Notes: generated by a model from the letters alone, not told the origin. A stretch of DNA of 64,000 nucleotides from an uncultured Desulfospira sp. (GCA_963663165.1 OY760175.1:5792001-5856000), one strand, 5' to 3'; numbered from the stretch's first letter, positions 39,939 to 50,323 are shown. Made by a program: numbers and translations.

Positions 39939-40835
39939 GTGAGAACGAATGACGGCCAGGGGGCTTTGGCCGGGCTGATCGCCACGGCATCCGCCTTTTT
40001 GATCTGGGGGCTGTGCCCCGTTTTCTGGAAAATTATTGCCCATGTTCCCGCCCTGGAAACCATTAACCACAGGATTGTCTGGTCCTTTTTTTTTCTGTTG
40101 CCGGTGATCTGGCTCCAGGGGAACTTAAGGCTGCTGGCACAGACCCTGACCTCCCCGGTGCTTCTGGGGAAATTGAGCATTACCGCCATGCTGGTGGCAT
40201 CCAACTGGCTCGTATTTATCTGGGCGGTCAACAACGGGCATATCCTTGATACCAGCCTGGGATACTATATCAACCCCCTGGTGAATGTGCTTTTTGGCAC
40301 TGTTTTCCTCAAAGAGCGCCTCAGGAAGATGCAGACCATCGCCGTGGGCATTGCCACCGCCGGGGTGGCTTACCTGACCTGGCAGCATGGCAGCTTTCCT
40401 TTGATTTCCCTTTACCTGGCCGTAAGTTTCGGTGCCTACGGGCTGTTAAGAAAAATGTTGAACCAGGACCCGGCCGTGGGCCTGGCCGTTGAAACCCTGC
40501 TGCTGACCCTGCCTTGCGCGGTCTACCTGATGTTCCTTGAATATAAAGGAACCGCCAGTTTTCTCCATGTGAACAGCCTGACCGATGTTTGCCTGATCTG
40601 TACGGCCCTGCTGACCGCCGTCCCGCTGCTGCTGTTCAATATCGGGGCAAGGCTCTTGAGATTATGCACCGTGGGATTTCTTCAGTACATTGCCCCTAGC
40701 GTGTCCTTTTCCCTGGCCATTTTTGTTTATGGGGAACCCTTGTCCCACCACCAGCTGATTGCCTTTGTCTGTATCTGGACGGCCCTGGCCGTCTATACGG
40801 TGGATTCCACCCGGGCTTTCCAGGGAAGCGGGTGA
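39939..40835 (+). CDS. rarD: EamA-family transporter RarD
   Basis: HRIVWS, NWLVFIWAVNNG, SLGYYINPL, YGLLRK, GFLQYIAP. Confidence 0.93.
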   Translation: MRTNDGQGALAGLIATASAFLIWGLCPVFWKIIAHVPALETINHRIVWSFFFLLPVIWLQGNLRLLAQTLTSPVLLGKLSITAMLVASNWLVFIWAVNNGHILDTSLGYYINPLVNVLFGTVFLKERLRKMQTIAVGIATAGVAYLTWQHGSFPLISLYLAVSFGAYGLLRKMLNQDPAVGLAVETLLLTLPCAVYLMFLEYKGTASFLHVNSLTDVCLICTALLTAVPLLLFNIGARLLRLCTVGFLQYIAPSVSFSLAIFVYGEPLSHHQLIAFVCIWTALAVYTVDSTRAFQGSG

Positions 40836-40890
40836 AAAGAGACCGGAGGGGCAAAGCCGAACCAAAGGTTATGTTTTGTAGGGGTAATTT

Positions 40891-40993
40891 TAATGTATAT
40901 TGTTGAGACTTGGGATATGGGACTTGGGGAGGCCGTGGATGCCGCAATCCCCAGGTCCCATATCCCAAGTCCCAAGTCCAATTTTTTGGAGAT
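40891..40993. repeat. Palindromic heptamer element, GGGACTT family (copy 2; diverged copies at 42368-42435 and 59172-59274)
   Basis: Near-identical to 35121-35230. Confidence 0.9.
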
Positions 40994-41058
40994 TATCCGT
41001 ACTCTTTTTTGGGGGGGTAGTCTTACAATCTTAATCTTTGAGGCAAGAATAGCCCGGG

Positions 41059-42291
41059 TCAGGGCCTGTATACCGGTTTTTGGCCGGTATCCTCGTAAAA
41101 GGGTTTTCCAAACTGGTCCCTGGTTTTTGAAAAATACTGGACCTGTTCCGGCAGGTACCGGGCATGATCGGCAAACAGCCGCTGAAATTCCTCACGGCAG
41201 GGTCCGGAAAACAGATCTTGTTTCAGGCCGGAAAACCGGGTGTTAAGACAGGCAATAATCTGATCAAAAAAGTGGTGGCCCATGAATTTGTCGTAGGTAA
41301 TGCTGGCAAAGCGTCCGTCTTCCATCCGGTTATACGTGTTGAGATGCTCGCTTAAAAGGTTCAGGTCCCGGCGGCGTCTCATGTCAATGCCAAGGCTTAA
41401 ATCCCGGTGGACGGTTCTCAGGATTTTTCCATCCCGGTCGGTTTCCAGAATCAGGTTCTGGCCGTGGGGCTCCAGCATAAACCCGAAGTTGAGATAGCAG
41501 GCGATCCACTGGCGGACCACCGGAAGCATGATATGATCCAGAACAAATGTTACCGGATTGGCTTCCCCGATAAGCTCAAAAAGCAGTTCCGGTTTTTGAG
41601 GGTCAAAAAAATCCTTTCCATACAGGGCAAACCCTGGAATCATTTCAGAATTGTCCTTCTGCCCGGATAACAGGGGAAACGGTGTCAGGTCCCGTACCAG
41701 GAACCCCCAGTTTTCCCCCCGGCCGGAGCCGGGTTCAAGGTCCGGGTGGGTAATGCCTAAGACCTCTCTCATGATGGCAAAGTCCGGGTCAAAGGCGTCA
41801 ATCCCTGTTTCAAGTTCCATGGAAATGGCAATGGCCTGGGCCACCACTTCATCGCGCATTTTTCTGCCGTATCTGGATATTCTGAACGGAAAGTGGACTT
41901 TCAGGGCGTGGGGATGGTCCAAATCCCGGACATACAAGGTCCGGGTGGAAGAACTGGGAGAAACCAGAATGGGGCTTCCCAAGGTTCCCAACGCCAAGGC
42001 CCTTTGGGTATAGGGGTCGGTAAAACCGGATTCTCTGATCTGGGGGTGGACGGCAAACATCACCTTGTCCCCTTCCAGGTAACGGTTCTGTATGGCGCTG
42101 GGCGGGTTGGCCGCATATACGTTCATTTTCTCCCTGGGAAGGCTGAACAGGTCAAGCTTAAAATCAGGCTGTCCTGAGTTATGGCGAAAATGGGGCAGGG
42201 CCTCGGTGTATCCGGACTGATCGCTGTAAGTCCTTGTTCCTTCGTTCCGATACCGGTCAAGATAGATAAATGAAGTCAGATTGTAGCTCAT
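41059..42291 (-). CDS. IucA/IucC-family (NIS-synthetase-like) protein, compact form
   Basis: VHPQ, SSTRTL, KVHFPFRIS, EPHGQN, HRDL motifs; ATG 42291 after RBS ggaggg. Confidence 0.7.
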   Translation of the reverse strand: MSYNLTSFIYLDRYRNEGTRTYSDQSGYTEALPHFRHNSGQPDFKLDLFSLPREKMNVYAANPPSAIQNRYLEGDKVMFAVHPQIRESGFTDPYTQRALALGTLGSPILVSPSSSTRTLYVRDLDHPHALKVHFPFRISRYGRKMRDEVVAQAIAISMELETGIDAFDPDFAIMREVLGITHPDLEPGSGRGENWGFLVRDLTPFPLLSGQKDNSEMIPGFALYGKDFFDPQKPELLFELIGEANPVTFVLDHIMLPVVRQWIACYLNFGFMLEPHGQNLILETDRDGKILRTVHRDLSLGIDMRRRRDLNLLSEHLNTYNRMEDGRFASITYDKFMGHHFFDQIIACLNTRFSGLKQDLFSGPCREEFQRLFADHARYLPEQVQYFSKTRDQFGKPFYEDTGQKPVYRP

Positions 42292-42532
42292 TGTTAGTCC
42301 CTCCAAATTTTTATCCTACAAACTGAATTATGATCACGGTTTGGATTAAATCAAGCGCTTAATTTATGGACTTGGGATATGGGACTTGGGACTTGGGTAC
42401 GCCACGGTTGCTGCAATTCCCAAGGCCATTTTATTAAATGTATGATCTCAAATACGGTTACCCGGCATATAAACCAGATGCGCTTGATTTTGTACCAGCC
42501 CTCGGCTATACTTTGATTCGTTAAACAAGTTC

Positions 42533-45505
42533 ATGGCTAAGAAACAGGTTAAACCTTTCGGATTCCTTCTTTCTTTATATTGGGAAGGTCTTAACACAAC
42601 AGACCGGACATGGCTGTTATCAATTCAGGATCATTTTCGCATGCAGTCTTTCACAAATCTGCCAATAGGGGTTAAGCTTTTTATCGGGTATACGGTTATG
42701 GCTGTAACGGTTTTTTCTCTAGGCCTCTCCCTTTATTATATTTATGCCAGGGCCCACCTTGAAAACCGGATCCGTGCTGAACTTGACCGGTCCAACCAGG
42801 CCATTGCCGATATTGTCGAAACAACGGCCCAGCTTTCCATTAAAAATTACCTTCGGGCCATTGCGGAAAAAAACCTGGAAACCGTCAGGCATTTACATCA
42901 GGATTGCCGGGCGGGACGGATCACCGAAGACGAGGCCAAAAAAGAGGCCGCAAGGATTTTTTCTAAACAGAAAATCGGGACAACTGGCTATATTTATTGT
43001 ATAAACAGCCGGGGGATTCCCGTGATACATCCAGACCCGGAAATGATCGGCCAAAGCATGTCGGCCAGTTCAGTTGCCCATGATCAGGTTCAAAACAAAA
43101 ACGGCTACCTTGAGTATGTATGGAAAAATTCCAAAGAGACGACGTTACGTTCAAAAGCCCTTTACATGGTCTATTTTGAACCCTGGGACTGGATTATTTC
43201 AGTATCGTCATACAAATCTGAATTTTCCGAATTGATATCCATTGAAGATTTCAGAGAGCAGATCCGGTCCATGGCCCGCAGCGGCATAGGGTCTTCCTTT
43301 GTGATGGATATCGCCAGCAAGGCCGTGGTTCATCCCCAGGTTAAAGGGGACCTGGTGGAATATGCAAGGACCATTGGGGCCGACACCATTGAGACCATGA
43401 TCCGGGAAAAAAGGGGGGGGCTTGTCTATGAGTGGAAAAATCCCCGGGACTGCCGGTTTGAAAAAAAGATCATGATTTATGAAATTTTGCCGGATTTTAA
43501 TTGGATTATTGCCTCCTCACTGAACTTGAATGATGCCTTTGCCCCTTTAAAACAGATGCGGACCATTTTTATCGTCATTCTTGTGGTGACCATCTTTGTG
43601 ATGGCGGCTGGTTCATTTATTGTGGGCCGTGCCATTACCCGTCCCCTGATCCAGATGATCAGGCGATTTAATGCCGGCATGGAAGGTGCGTTAGAGCCAA
43701 TTTCGGTGACCAGCGGGCAGAAAAACGAAATCGGCCTGCTTGAATCCAGCTACAACCAGTTTGTCCAGCGCCTTGAGACCTACCGGAAAAATCTGGAGCA
43801 GGAGAATTCAATCCGTAAAGAGGCGGAGTCCCGCCTGCTGTTGTTTGAGAAAATTTTTGAACATGCCAATGAAGGGATTTACATTACCACGGCCAATGGA
43901 GAGATCCAGGCCGTTAACCAGGCCTTTACCACCATTACCGGCTATGAAGCCGATGAGGTGATCGGAAAGAACCCCCGGATTCTCAAATCCCACCGCCATG
44001 ACCTTGAGTTTTATGAAGCCATGTGGGCCTCCATCCACAAAGAGGGATACTGGGCCGGTGAAATCTGGAACAGGCGAAAGAGCGGAGAAGCCTTCCCCGA
44101 GTTTCTCAATATCAGCACCATTAAAGATGAGAAGGGCGAGACAAAAAATTTTGTGGCGGTGTTCCATGACATTAAGGAAATGAAAACCAAGGAACAGCAG
44201 ATTGAACACCTGGCATATCATGACCCCTTAACCGGACTGCCCAACCGGGCCCTGCTCAAGGACCGGCTCCAAAATGCCATTGCCGCTGCCCGGCGGGGCA
44301 ACGAGATGGTTCAGCTGATTTTTATTGACCTGGATAATTTCAAACTGGTCAACGACAGTGCCGGCCATGCAAAGGGGGATAATCTGCTCAAAGAGGCTGC
44401 CCAAAGGATGCTTTCCGTCACCCGGACCAGCGATACCGTAGCCCGGTTGGGCGGGGACGAATTTATCATCATGGCCACCAAGGTCACGGACATGATGGGG
44501 ACCATCCGGGTGGTGGAACGGATTCGTTCGGCTTTTTTACAGCCCTTTATAATTGAAAAAACCCCTTACCACCTGACGTGCAGCATCGGCATCGCCGTAT
44601 TCCCCAACGACGGAGAGGATGTGGACACCCTGGTCCGCAATGCCGACCTGGCCATGTACCATTCCAAAGCCAAGGGGAAAGACCGGTTTTTTCTGTTTGA
44701 GCCTGAAATGGCCCAAAAAATCAGCCGGCGCATTGAAATGGAGGCTGATATGCGAAAGGCCCTGGACAACAACGAGTTCCAGGTTTATTTCCAGCCTCAG
44801 GTCAACAATCAGACTTTAAAACCCGTTGGCATGGAAGCCCTGGTCCGGTGGGTCAAAGAAGACGGCACCATTGTCTCCCCGGGGCAGTTTATCCCCGTGG
44901 CCGAAGAATCCGGACTGATCATCCCCATTGGCCGGCAGATTTTTGAAAACGCCTTGGAAAATGCCGGCCGGATCTGTGGGCAGGTCGACTTTGACCTGGT
45001 GCTTGCGGTCAATGCGTCCACCCGGCAGTTTGATGAAAAAGGGTTTGAGTCCATGGTTTCGGAATTGCTGGAAGCAAGCGGTTTTCCGGCAAACCGCCTG
45101 AAAATTGAGATCACCGAATCCCTGCTGATGAAGGACATTGATACGGCCATGAACCGGCTTGCAAAACTGTCGGCCATGGGGGTAAGTACCGCCATTGACG
45201 ATTTTGGGACCGGGTATTCTTCCCTGGCTTATCTCAAACAGATGTCCATCTCCACGTTGAAGATTGATAAATCTTTTATTGACGATCTGCCTGGTGATCC
45301 GGACGCCCTTGCCCTGGTGGAAACCATCGTGGTCATGGCCGGCAAGTTGGGCATGGGGGTTGTGGCTGAAGGTGTGGAAACCGAAGAGCAGGTCAAAACC
45401 CTCCAGGATTTAGGCGACGTGGATATCCAGGGGTATGTCTTTGCCAGGCCCATGCCCTGGGAAGACACCATTCAGTGGATGCAGAACTGGCGGTCTGACG
45501 GTTAA
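42533..45505 (+). CDS. Cache-HAMP-PAS-GGDEF-EAL c-di-GMP signalling protein
   Basis: Cache motifs, PAS NPRILKS, RTSD I-site with GGDEF, MEALVRW, DDFGTGYSS; start may be ATG 42641. Confidence 0.93.
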   Translation: MAKKQVKPFGFLLSLYWEGLNTTDRTWLLSIQDHFRMQSFTNLPIGVKLFIGYTVMAVTVFSLGLSLYYIYARAHLENRIRAELDRSNQAIADIVETTAQLSIKNYLRAIAEKNLETVRHLHQDCRAGRITEDEAKKEAARIFSKQKIGTTGYIYCINSRGIPVIHPDPEMIGQSMSASSVAHDQVQNKNGYLEYVWKNSKETTLRSKALYMVYFEPWDWIISVSSYKSEFSELISIEDFREQIRSMARSGIGSSFVMDIASKAVVHPQVKGDLVEYARTIGADTIETMIREKRGGLVYEWKNPRDCRFEKKIMIYEILPDFNWIIASSLNLNDAFAPLKQMRTIFIVILVVTIFVMAAGSFIVGRAITRPLIQMIRRFNAGMEGALEPISVTSGQKNEIGLLESSYNQFVQRLETYRKNLEQENSIRKEAESRLLLFEKIFEHANEGIYITTANGEIQAVNQAFTTITGYEADEVIGKNPRILKSHRHDLEFYEAMWASIHKEGYWAGEIWNRRKSGEAFPEFLNISTIKDEKGETKNFVAVFHDIKEMKTKEQQIEHLAYHDPLTGLPNRALLKDRLQNAIAAARRGNEMVQLIFIDLDNFKLVNDSAGHAKGDNLLKEAAQRMLSVTRTSDTVARLGGDEFIIMATKVTDMMGTIRVVERIRSAFLQPFIIEKTPYHLTCSIGIAVFPNDGEDVDTLVRNADLAMYHSKAKGKDRFFLFEPEMAQKISRRIEMEADMRKALDNNEFQVYFQPQVNNQTLKPVGMEALVRWVKEDGTIVSPGQFIPVAEESGLIIPIGRQIFENALENAGRICGQVDFDLVLAVNASTRQFDEKGFESMVSELLEASGFPANRLKIEITESLLMKDIDTAMNRLAKLSAMGVSTAIDDFGTGYSSLAYLKQMSISTLKIDKSFIDDLPGDPDALALVETIVVMAGKLGMGVVAEGVETEEQVKTLQDLGDVDIQGYVFARPMPWEDTIQWMQNWRSDG

Positions 45506-46315
45506 TCAGGACCACAGATCGTAAAAATGCATGACCGGGCCGTGTCCGTTGCCTAAGGTATAGGCGGCCCCGGCTTCAAGGGCCCCATGGATATAGTCTT
45601 TGGCTTTTTTTACAGCACTTTCCAGGGCTTCACCCCGGGCCAAAAAGGCGGCGATGGCCGAGGACAGGGTGCATCCGGTGCCATGGGAGTTCGGGGTGTT
45701 GATGCGGGGGGCGTCAAGCCGGGTAAAGGTGTCGGTTTTTTTCTGGAACAGAAGATCAAAGGAGGCCTCGCCGGTCAGATGCCCCCCTTTGAGCAGGACA
45801 TTGTCGCATCCCAATGCTGCCAGGTCCCGGGCCGCGGTTTCCATGTCCTGATCTGACTGTATATCCCTGCCAAGCAGCACCGAGGCCTCGGGAAGATTCG
45901 GGGTGATCACCGTGGCCAGGGGAATCAGCGTTGTTTTCAGGGCAAGGACCGCATCGTCAAGGAGCAGTTTGTCCCCGCTTTTAGAGACCATGACCGGGTC
46001 CAGGACAATTTGCCCGCAGTTCCAGAAGGTCAGCCGGTCCGCCACCGCCTCAATAACGGCCGGTGAGTGGAGCATGCCGATCTTGACACTGTCCGTGCCC
46101 ATGTCTTCTAAAACCGTATCCATCTGCTGGGCGATAAATTCCGGCGGGGCCGGGAAAATACCGGTCACCACCCGGGTGTTCTGGGCGGTCAGGGCCGTGA
46201 TCACGGACATGCCGTAGCAGCCCAGGGCGGAAAAAGTTTTCAAATCGGCCTGGATTCCGGCGCCGCCGCCGCTGTCAGATCCGGCAATGGTTAATGCTTT
46301 AAAATAGGTTTTCAT
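45506..46315 (-). CDS. thiD: Hydroxymethylpyrimidine/phosphomethylpyrimidine kinase
   Basis: IAGSDSGGGAGIQADLKT, DPVM, TPNLPEA, KGGH, HGTGCT. Confidence 0.97.
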   Translation of the reverse strand: MKTYFKALTIAGSDSGGGAGIQADLKTFSALGCYGMSVITALTAQNTRVVTGIFPAPPEFIAQQMDTVLEDMGTDSVKIGMLHSPAVIEAVADRLTFWNCGQIVLDPVMVSKSGDKLLLDDAVLALKTTLIPLATVITPNLPEASVLLGRDIQSDQDMETAARDLAALGCDNVLLKGGHLTGEASFDLLFQKKTDTFTRLDAPRINTPNSHGTGCTLSSAIAAFLARGEALESAVKKAKDYIHGALEAGAAYTLGNGHGPVMHFYDLWS

Positions 46316-46329
46316 ATCAAATGTCTCTT

Positions 46330-46710
46330 TTACCATACGGCCTTGGCGTAAAAATCTAAAATGATGTTATCAGAGGTTACCAGTTCCATTTGTCTGGCGT
46401 CAGCACTGGTAACGATAACCCGGTCGGCTGGATCACGGTGGCCCCAGTCCAGGTTCAAAGAGTCCATCCATGTGTTTTCGTCAATGGGAAGGATGTGAAA
46501 ATGGTGAACCTGGTTGAGTTTGGAAATAAATTCTTCCAAGGGTATGGGAATATCCAGTTTGCCTTTTTTAATCTTGATTCCGATTTCCCAGATGCTGATG
46601 GAACTGATCAGAAAACCATCACTTTCTTTTATCTTTTGAACCGCTGTGGGAGATAACCGTTTCTTTTCAAAGGCATTGTACAACAAGGCGCATGTGTCCA
46701 GAAATATCAC
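46330..46710 (-). CDS. vapC: PIN-domain toxin (VapC)
   Basis: FLDT, SISIWEI, HRDPADR, TSD; GTG start overlapping the antitoxin stop (GTGA). Confidence 0.9.
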   Translation of the reverse strand: MIFLDTCALLYNAFEKKRLSPTAVQKIKESDGFLISSISIWEIGIKIKKGKLDIPIPLEEFISKLNQVHHFHILPIDENTWMDSLNLDWGHRDPADRVIVTSADARQMELVTSDNIILDFYAKAVW

Positions 46711-46940
46711 GCAAGATCTCCCCATTCCTCTTGAGTTCCCGCTTCAAGAGGTTCGGAATAGGTCATTTTGTTTTGATAGGGACCAAAAACATCATCAAAA
46801 GATTTCTTTTCTTTATAAGGGCTGATTTTTAATACAGGCTCATTATAGTTGAGTACAATCAATTCCTCGCCTGTCTCCTCGACCTCCCGGAAATAAGCGA
46901 GCATTTTTGCTTTTAAAACACTTTTTGTGACCGTTTTCAT
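46707..46940 (-). CDS. Phd/YefM-type antitoxin
   Basis: KSVLKAKMLAYFREVEETGEELIV..PV N-terminal Phd pattern; RBS ggagg; translationally coupled to the PIN gene. Confidence 0.85.
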   Translation of the reverse strand: MKTVTKSVLKAKMLAYFREVEETGEELIVLNYNEPVLKISPYKEKKSFDDVFGPYQNKMTYSEPLEAGTQEEWGDLA

Positions 46941-46949
46941 ATTGCCTCC

Positions 46950-46972
46950 GACTATAGTCCTAACCATGGTCA
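46950..46972. promoter_or_regulatory. Putative TA autorepression operator (two short palindromes)
   Basis: gactatagtc (46950-46959) and accatggt (46963-46970) immediately upstream of the antitoxin RBS. Confidence 0.55.
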
Positions 46973-46987
46973 TATTTTATGGCGTCA

Positions 46988-47617
46988 CTAAGGATTTGTC
47001 AATGAATCTTTAAACAGCCCGGCCAGGGTTTTGGCGGCCGCAAAGGGATCTGTGGCCGAGCAGATGGCCGATACCATGGCAATGGCATCGGCCCCGGCCC
47101 TGACAGTCGATTGTATGTTTTCTAAGTTCAGTCCGCCAATGGCCACCAGGGGAAGATGGGTTAGTGTCCGGATGGCTTCAAGTCCGTCAAGCCCCAGGGG
47201 CGCTTTGGCATCGGCTTTGGTCAGGGTGGGAAAGATGGGGCCGACCCCTAAGTAATCCACCCCGGTTCCTCTGGCGTTTTTTACATCTTCCAGGCTGCTC
47301 ACGGAAAGGCCGATAATTGCCTTGGGCCCTAAGAGCCTGCGGGCAATTTCAGGGGGCATATCGGACTGGCCCAAATGAACCCCGTGGGTATCTGCCGCCA
47401 GGGCAATATCCAGGCGGTCATTGATCAGCAGCGGGATATGGAAAGGTTCCAGAAGGGCTTTGAGCTTTAGGGCCCGGTCTAGAAAATCCCGGGTGGGGGC
47501 GGTTTTTTCCCTGAGCTGGACACAGCAGGCCCCGGCTTTGGCCGCCGCCTCAACCACGGATTCGAGGGGCCGGCCCAGGCAGGCCTTTTCGTCAGTGACC
47601 AGGTAAATTCCTTTCAT
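46988..47617 (-). CDS. thiE: Thiamine-phosphate synthase
   Basis: VQLREK, INDRLD, GVHLGQSD, PTLTK, VAIGG. Confidence 0.97.
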   Translation of the reverse strand: MKGIYLVTDEKACLGRPLESVVEAAAKAGACCVQLREKTAPTRDFLDRALKLKALLEPFHIPLLINDRLDIALAADTHGVHLGQSDMPPEIARRLLGPKAIIGLSVSSLEDVKNARGTGVDYLGVGPIFPTLTKADAKAPLGLDGLEAIRTLTHLPLVAIGGLNLENIQSTVRAGADAIAMVSAICSATDPFAAAKTLAGLFKDSLTNP

Positions 47618-47676
47618 GGCAGTATCCTTTAATTAAAGCCATTAGCTATTAGCCGTTAGTCTTTAGCCTCTATCGG

Positions 47677-48471
47677 CTAACAGCTAATGGCTGACAGCTC
47701 TTGCTCCGTTATATTATACAGGGCGTCAATAAAGTGCATTTGAAGGCTTCCAGGGCCCTTGGCGGTCCGGGCCGCCATTTCTCCGGCAATGCCCATGACG
47801 GCCATGGCATGGGCCGCGGCCCGTGAAGGGTCCGGGTTGACAGCGGCAAAGGCGGCGCAAAGGGCCGTGGCCGTGCATCCAAGACCTGTGACCCGGGGCA
47901 TCATGGCATGGCCGTTTTTAACGGTCAGGGTTTCCTGGCCGGTGACAATATAGTCGGTTTGTCCGGTAACACAGACCGTATTGCCAAGTTCAAGGCTTAA
48001 CGTCCTGGCGCTGTTGACCGCCGTATCCGAACCGCTGGTGGAGTCCACCCCTTTGGTGGCAATACCGTCTTTCAGCAGAGCCATGATTTCCGAGCCGTTT
48101 CCCCGGATGATAGCGGGCTTTATGTCCCGGATCAGGGACTGGGCGGTGGCGGTCCGGTAAGGGGTGGCCCCGGCCCCCACCGGGTCCAGGACAATGGGAA
48201 TGTTTTTTTTCTTTGCCGCTTGTCCGGCCTTGGTCATGGATGCCACCCAGGCGGCGTCCAGGGTGCCCATGTTGATGACCAGGGCGCCGGCCAGGCGGAC
48301 CATGTCCGCCACCTCATGCTCTGAATGGGCCATGACCGGCGAGGCCCCCAAGGCCAAGAGGGCATTGGCCGTATTGTTCATCACCACAAAATTGGTGATG
48401 TTGTGGACCAGGGGGGCCGTGGCCCGGATGGCCTCAATGTCTTTCCATATATCCGATGCCTGAATGCTCAT
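47677..48471 (-). CDS. thiM: Hydroxyethylthiazole kinase
   Basis: PLVHNITN, ANALLALGASPVMA, DPVG, IRGNGSEI, VTGLGC. Confidence 0.97.
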   Translation of the reverse strand: MSIQASDIWKDIEAIRATAPLVHNITNFVVMNNTANALLALGASPVMAHSEHEVADMVRLAGALVINMGTLDAAWVASMTKAGQAAKKKNIPIVLDPVGAGATPYRTATAQSLIRDIKPAIIRGNGSEIMALLKDGIATKGVDSTSGSDTAVNSARTLSLELGNTVCVTGQTDYIVTGQETLTVKNGHAMMPRVTGLGCTATALCAAFAAVNPDPSRAAAHAMAVMGIAGEMAARTAKGPGSLQMHFIDALYNITEQELSAISC

Positions 48472-48635
48472 AAGATATTTCCTTGATGGTTTAGGTGTTT
48501 CGGCTGAAGGGTTTCAAGTACCTTCTCTATCGCGATTCCTTCAGCCTTCAGCCTAAAAACCTTCAGTCTTTTTTATCTGTTAGCATCACCTTAAAGGCTA
48601 ACGGCTAAAGGCTAACAGCTGAAAGCTAAACGCTT

Positions 48636-49571
48636 TTACTTGCGCCATGTATGAATCAGTTCGGTAGCATCCACCGGCCCTTTAATCAGCCCATACTGAA
48701 GGGCAAAATCGGCAAAATCCTGCCATTTCCTCAAATCATGGCCGGTTTTTTCGGCAAAGTAGGGCCGGGTCAGGTCAAAGGCGGCCGTTTCGATTTCCTT
48801 ATCGGCCTGGGGAACGGCGGTTAAATACAGTTTCAGACATTGTTCAGGCTCGGCTTTGATCCGTTCAAACCCTTTTGCGATGGCCTTGACAAACCGGTGG
48901 AGCGCATACTGTTTTTCTTCAAGAATCTTGGCCCCGCATACAAAAATCAGTTCTTCATAATCGGGGATTCCGTATTTTTCCAGTTCAAAATACAGTCCTT
49001 TGTGGCCATGCTTGGCCATGCCCACGGTTTCATAGGTTTTAAAAGGGCCCATGATGGCGTCCACTTTGCCCGATACCAGGGAGGGCAGGATGGTGAAGCC
49101 CACATTGACCGGGGTGTAACCGGTGATGCCGTTAATGTCGGCAAAGGCTTTGAGCAAAATGTCCATCAGGCCCGGGACGGTATATCCGATTTTTTTATGG
49201 GACAGGTCAGCAGGGGATTTGATGTCGCTGTCCAGGTAGAGCAGGGTGGTCAAGGGGTGGCGCACCAGGGGGGCGACCACACGAAGCTTAAGCCCCTGGT
49301 CCGCGGCAATGATGGTCTGGGGCTGGTAGGACACGGCAAGATCCACGCTTCCGGCGGCGGCAAGCTTCAGTGCGTCCGAGGTTTCAGACGGGGTGATGAC
49401 ATCCACCTTGAGGCCATGAAATTTAAAGTATCCGGATTCCTGGGCCACATAAATGGGCATATGGTCCACGTTGGGGAACCAGTCCAGCATAATGGTGAGC
49501 CGATCTGCGGCCGATCCCGGGGATACAGCGGCCAGGACCGCCAGAATAATATAAAGCACCAGTTTTTTCAT
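48636..49571 (-). CDS. thiY: ABC substrate-binding protein, NMT1/THI5 family (ThiY-like)
   Basis: LDWFPNVDH, VSYQP, GIPDY motifs; signal peptide; operon context. Confidence 0.85.
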   Translation of the reverse strand: MKKLVLYIILAVLAAVSPGSAADRLTIMLDWFPNVDHMPIYVAQESGYFKFHGLKVDVITPSETSDALKLAAAGSVDLAVSYQPQTIIAADQGLKLRVVAPLVRHPLTTLLYLDSDIKSPADLSHKKIGYTVPGLMDILLKAFADINGITGYTPVNVGFTILPSLVSGKVDAIMGPFKTYETVGMAKHGHKGLYFELEKYGIPDYEELIFVCGAKILEEKQYALHRFVKAIAKGFERIKAEPEQCLKLYLTAVPQADKEIETAAFDLTRPYFAEKTGHDLRKWQDFADFALQYGLIKGPVDATELIHTWRK

Positions 49572-49582
49572 GATCGTTTCCT

Positions 49583-50323
49583 TTATGATTTCCAGTTAAT
49601 GATTTTTTTTTCCAACATTCCCACCAGGGTCCACATGGCCAGCCCCATGATGGTGAGGTAAAGAATGGCCGCAAACAAAAGATCCGTGGCCAGCCGGGCA
49701 TTGGACTGGATCATTAAAAATCCAAGCCCCTTCTGGGCCCCCACCCATTCGCCGATCACCGCCCCGATGGTGGCCACGGTTACCCCGACCTTAAGGCCTG
49801 AAAAAAACTGGGGCAGGGCCCAGGGCCAGTAAAGCAGGGTAAAGGTTTTAAAAAACGAGGCCCCCATGAGCCGGAACAGCACCCTGAACTCCGGGTCACA
49901 GTCTTTAAATCCCTGGAGCAGGCTGACGGTAATGGGAAAAAAGATGATGATCCAGGCCATGAAGACCTTGGAGGCCATGCCATACCCCAGCCAGACCACC
50001 AGCAGGGGGGCCAGGGCAAACACGGGAATGGCCTGGGAGGCCACCAGGAAAGGGGACAGCGCCTTTTCCAGGTTGGGTTTCGCAAACATGGCCAGGGCCA
50101 GGGGCAGGGCCGTTGCCACGGCAAATCCGATGCCAAGGACAATCTCGATAAAGGTTACCATGGCATGGGGAAAAAGAATAGGGAACTTTAATACGGCCGT
50201 GGTCAGAATCTGCCAGGGCGACGGCAGAATGAAAACCGGCACGGCCATCAGTTTAACCCAGATCTGCCAGATCCCCAGGATAAGGGCGATAATCCCCAAT
50301 GCCGTAAGGTTACTGCCTTTCAT
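49583..50323 (-). CDS. thiX: ABC permease (ThiX-like)
   Basis: FILPSP, SQAIP, GAVIGEWVGA..GLG; operon context. Confidence 0.85.
   Translation of the reverse strand: MKGSNLTALGIIALILGIWQIWVKLMAVPVFILPSPWQILTTAVLKFPILFPHAMVTFIEIVLGIGFAVATALPLALAMFAKPNLEKALSPFLVASQAIPVFALAPLLVVWLGYGMASKVFMAWIIIFFPITVSLLQGFKDCDPEFRVLFRLMGASFFKTFTLLYWPWALPQFFSGLKVGVTVATIGAVIGEWVGAQKGLGFLMIQSNARLATDLLFAAILYLTIMGLAMWTLVGMLEKKIINWKS

Noticed and set aside
48840..49661. Long antisense ORFs (also 960-1751, 7084-7803, 11087-11842, 27134-27853, 56201-56800, 60465-61785)
   Set aside because: Shadow frames opposite well-supported genes in GC-rich coding DNA, with no recognisable motifs.
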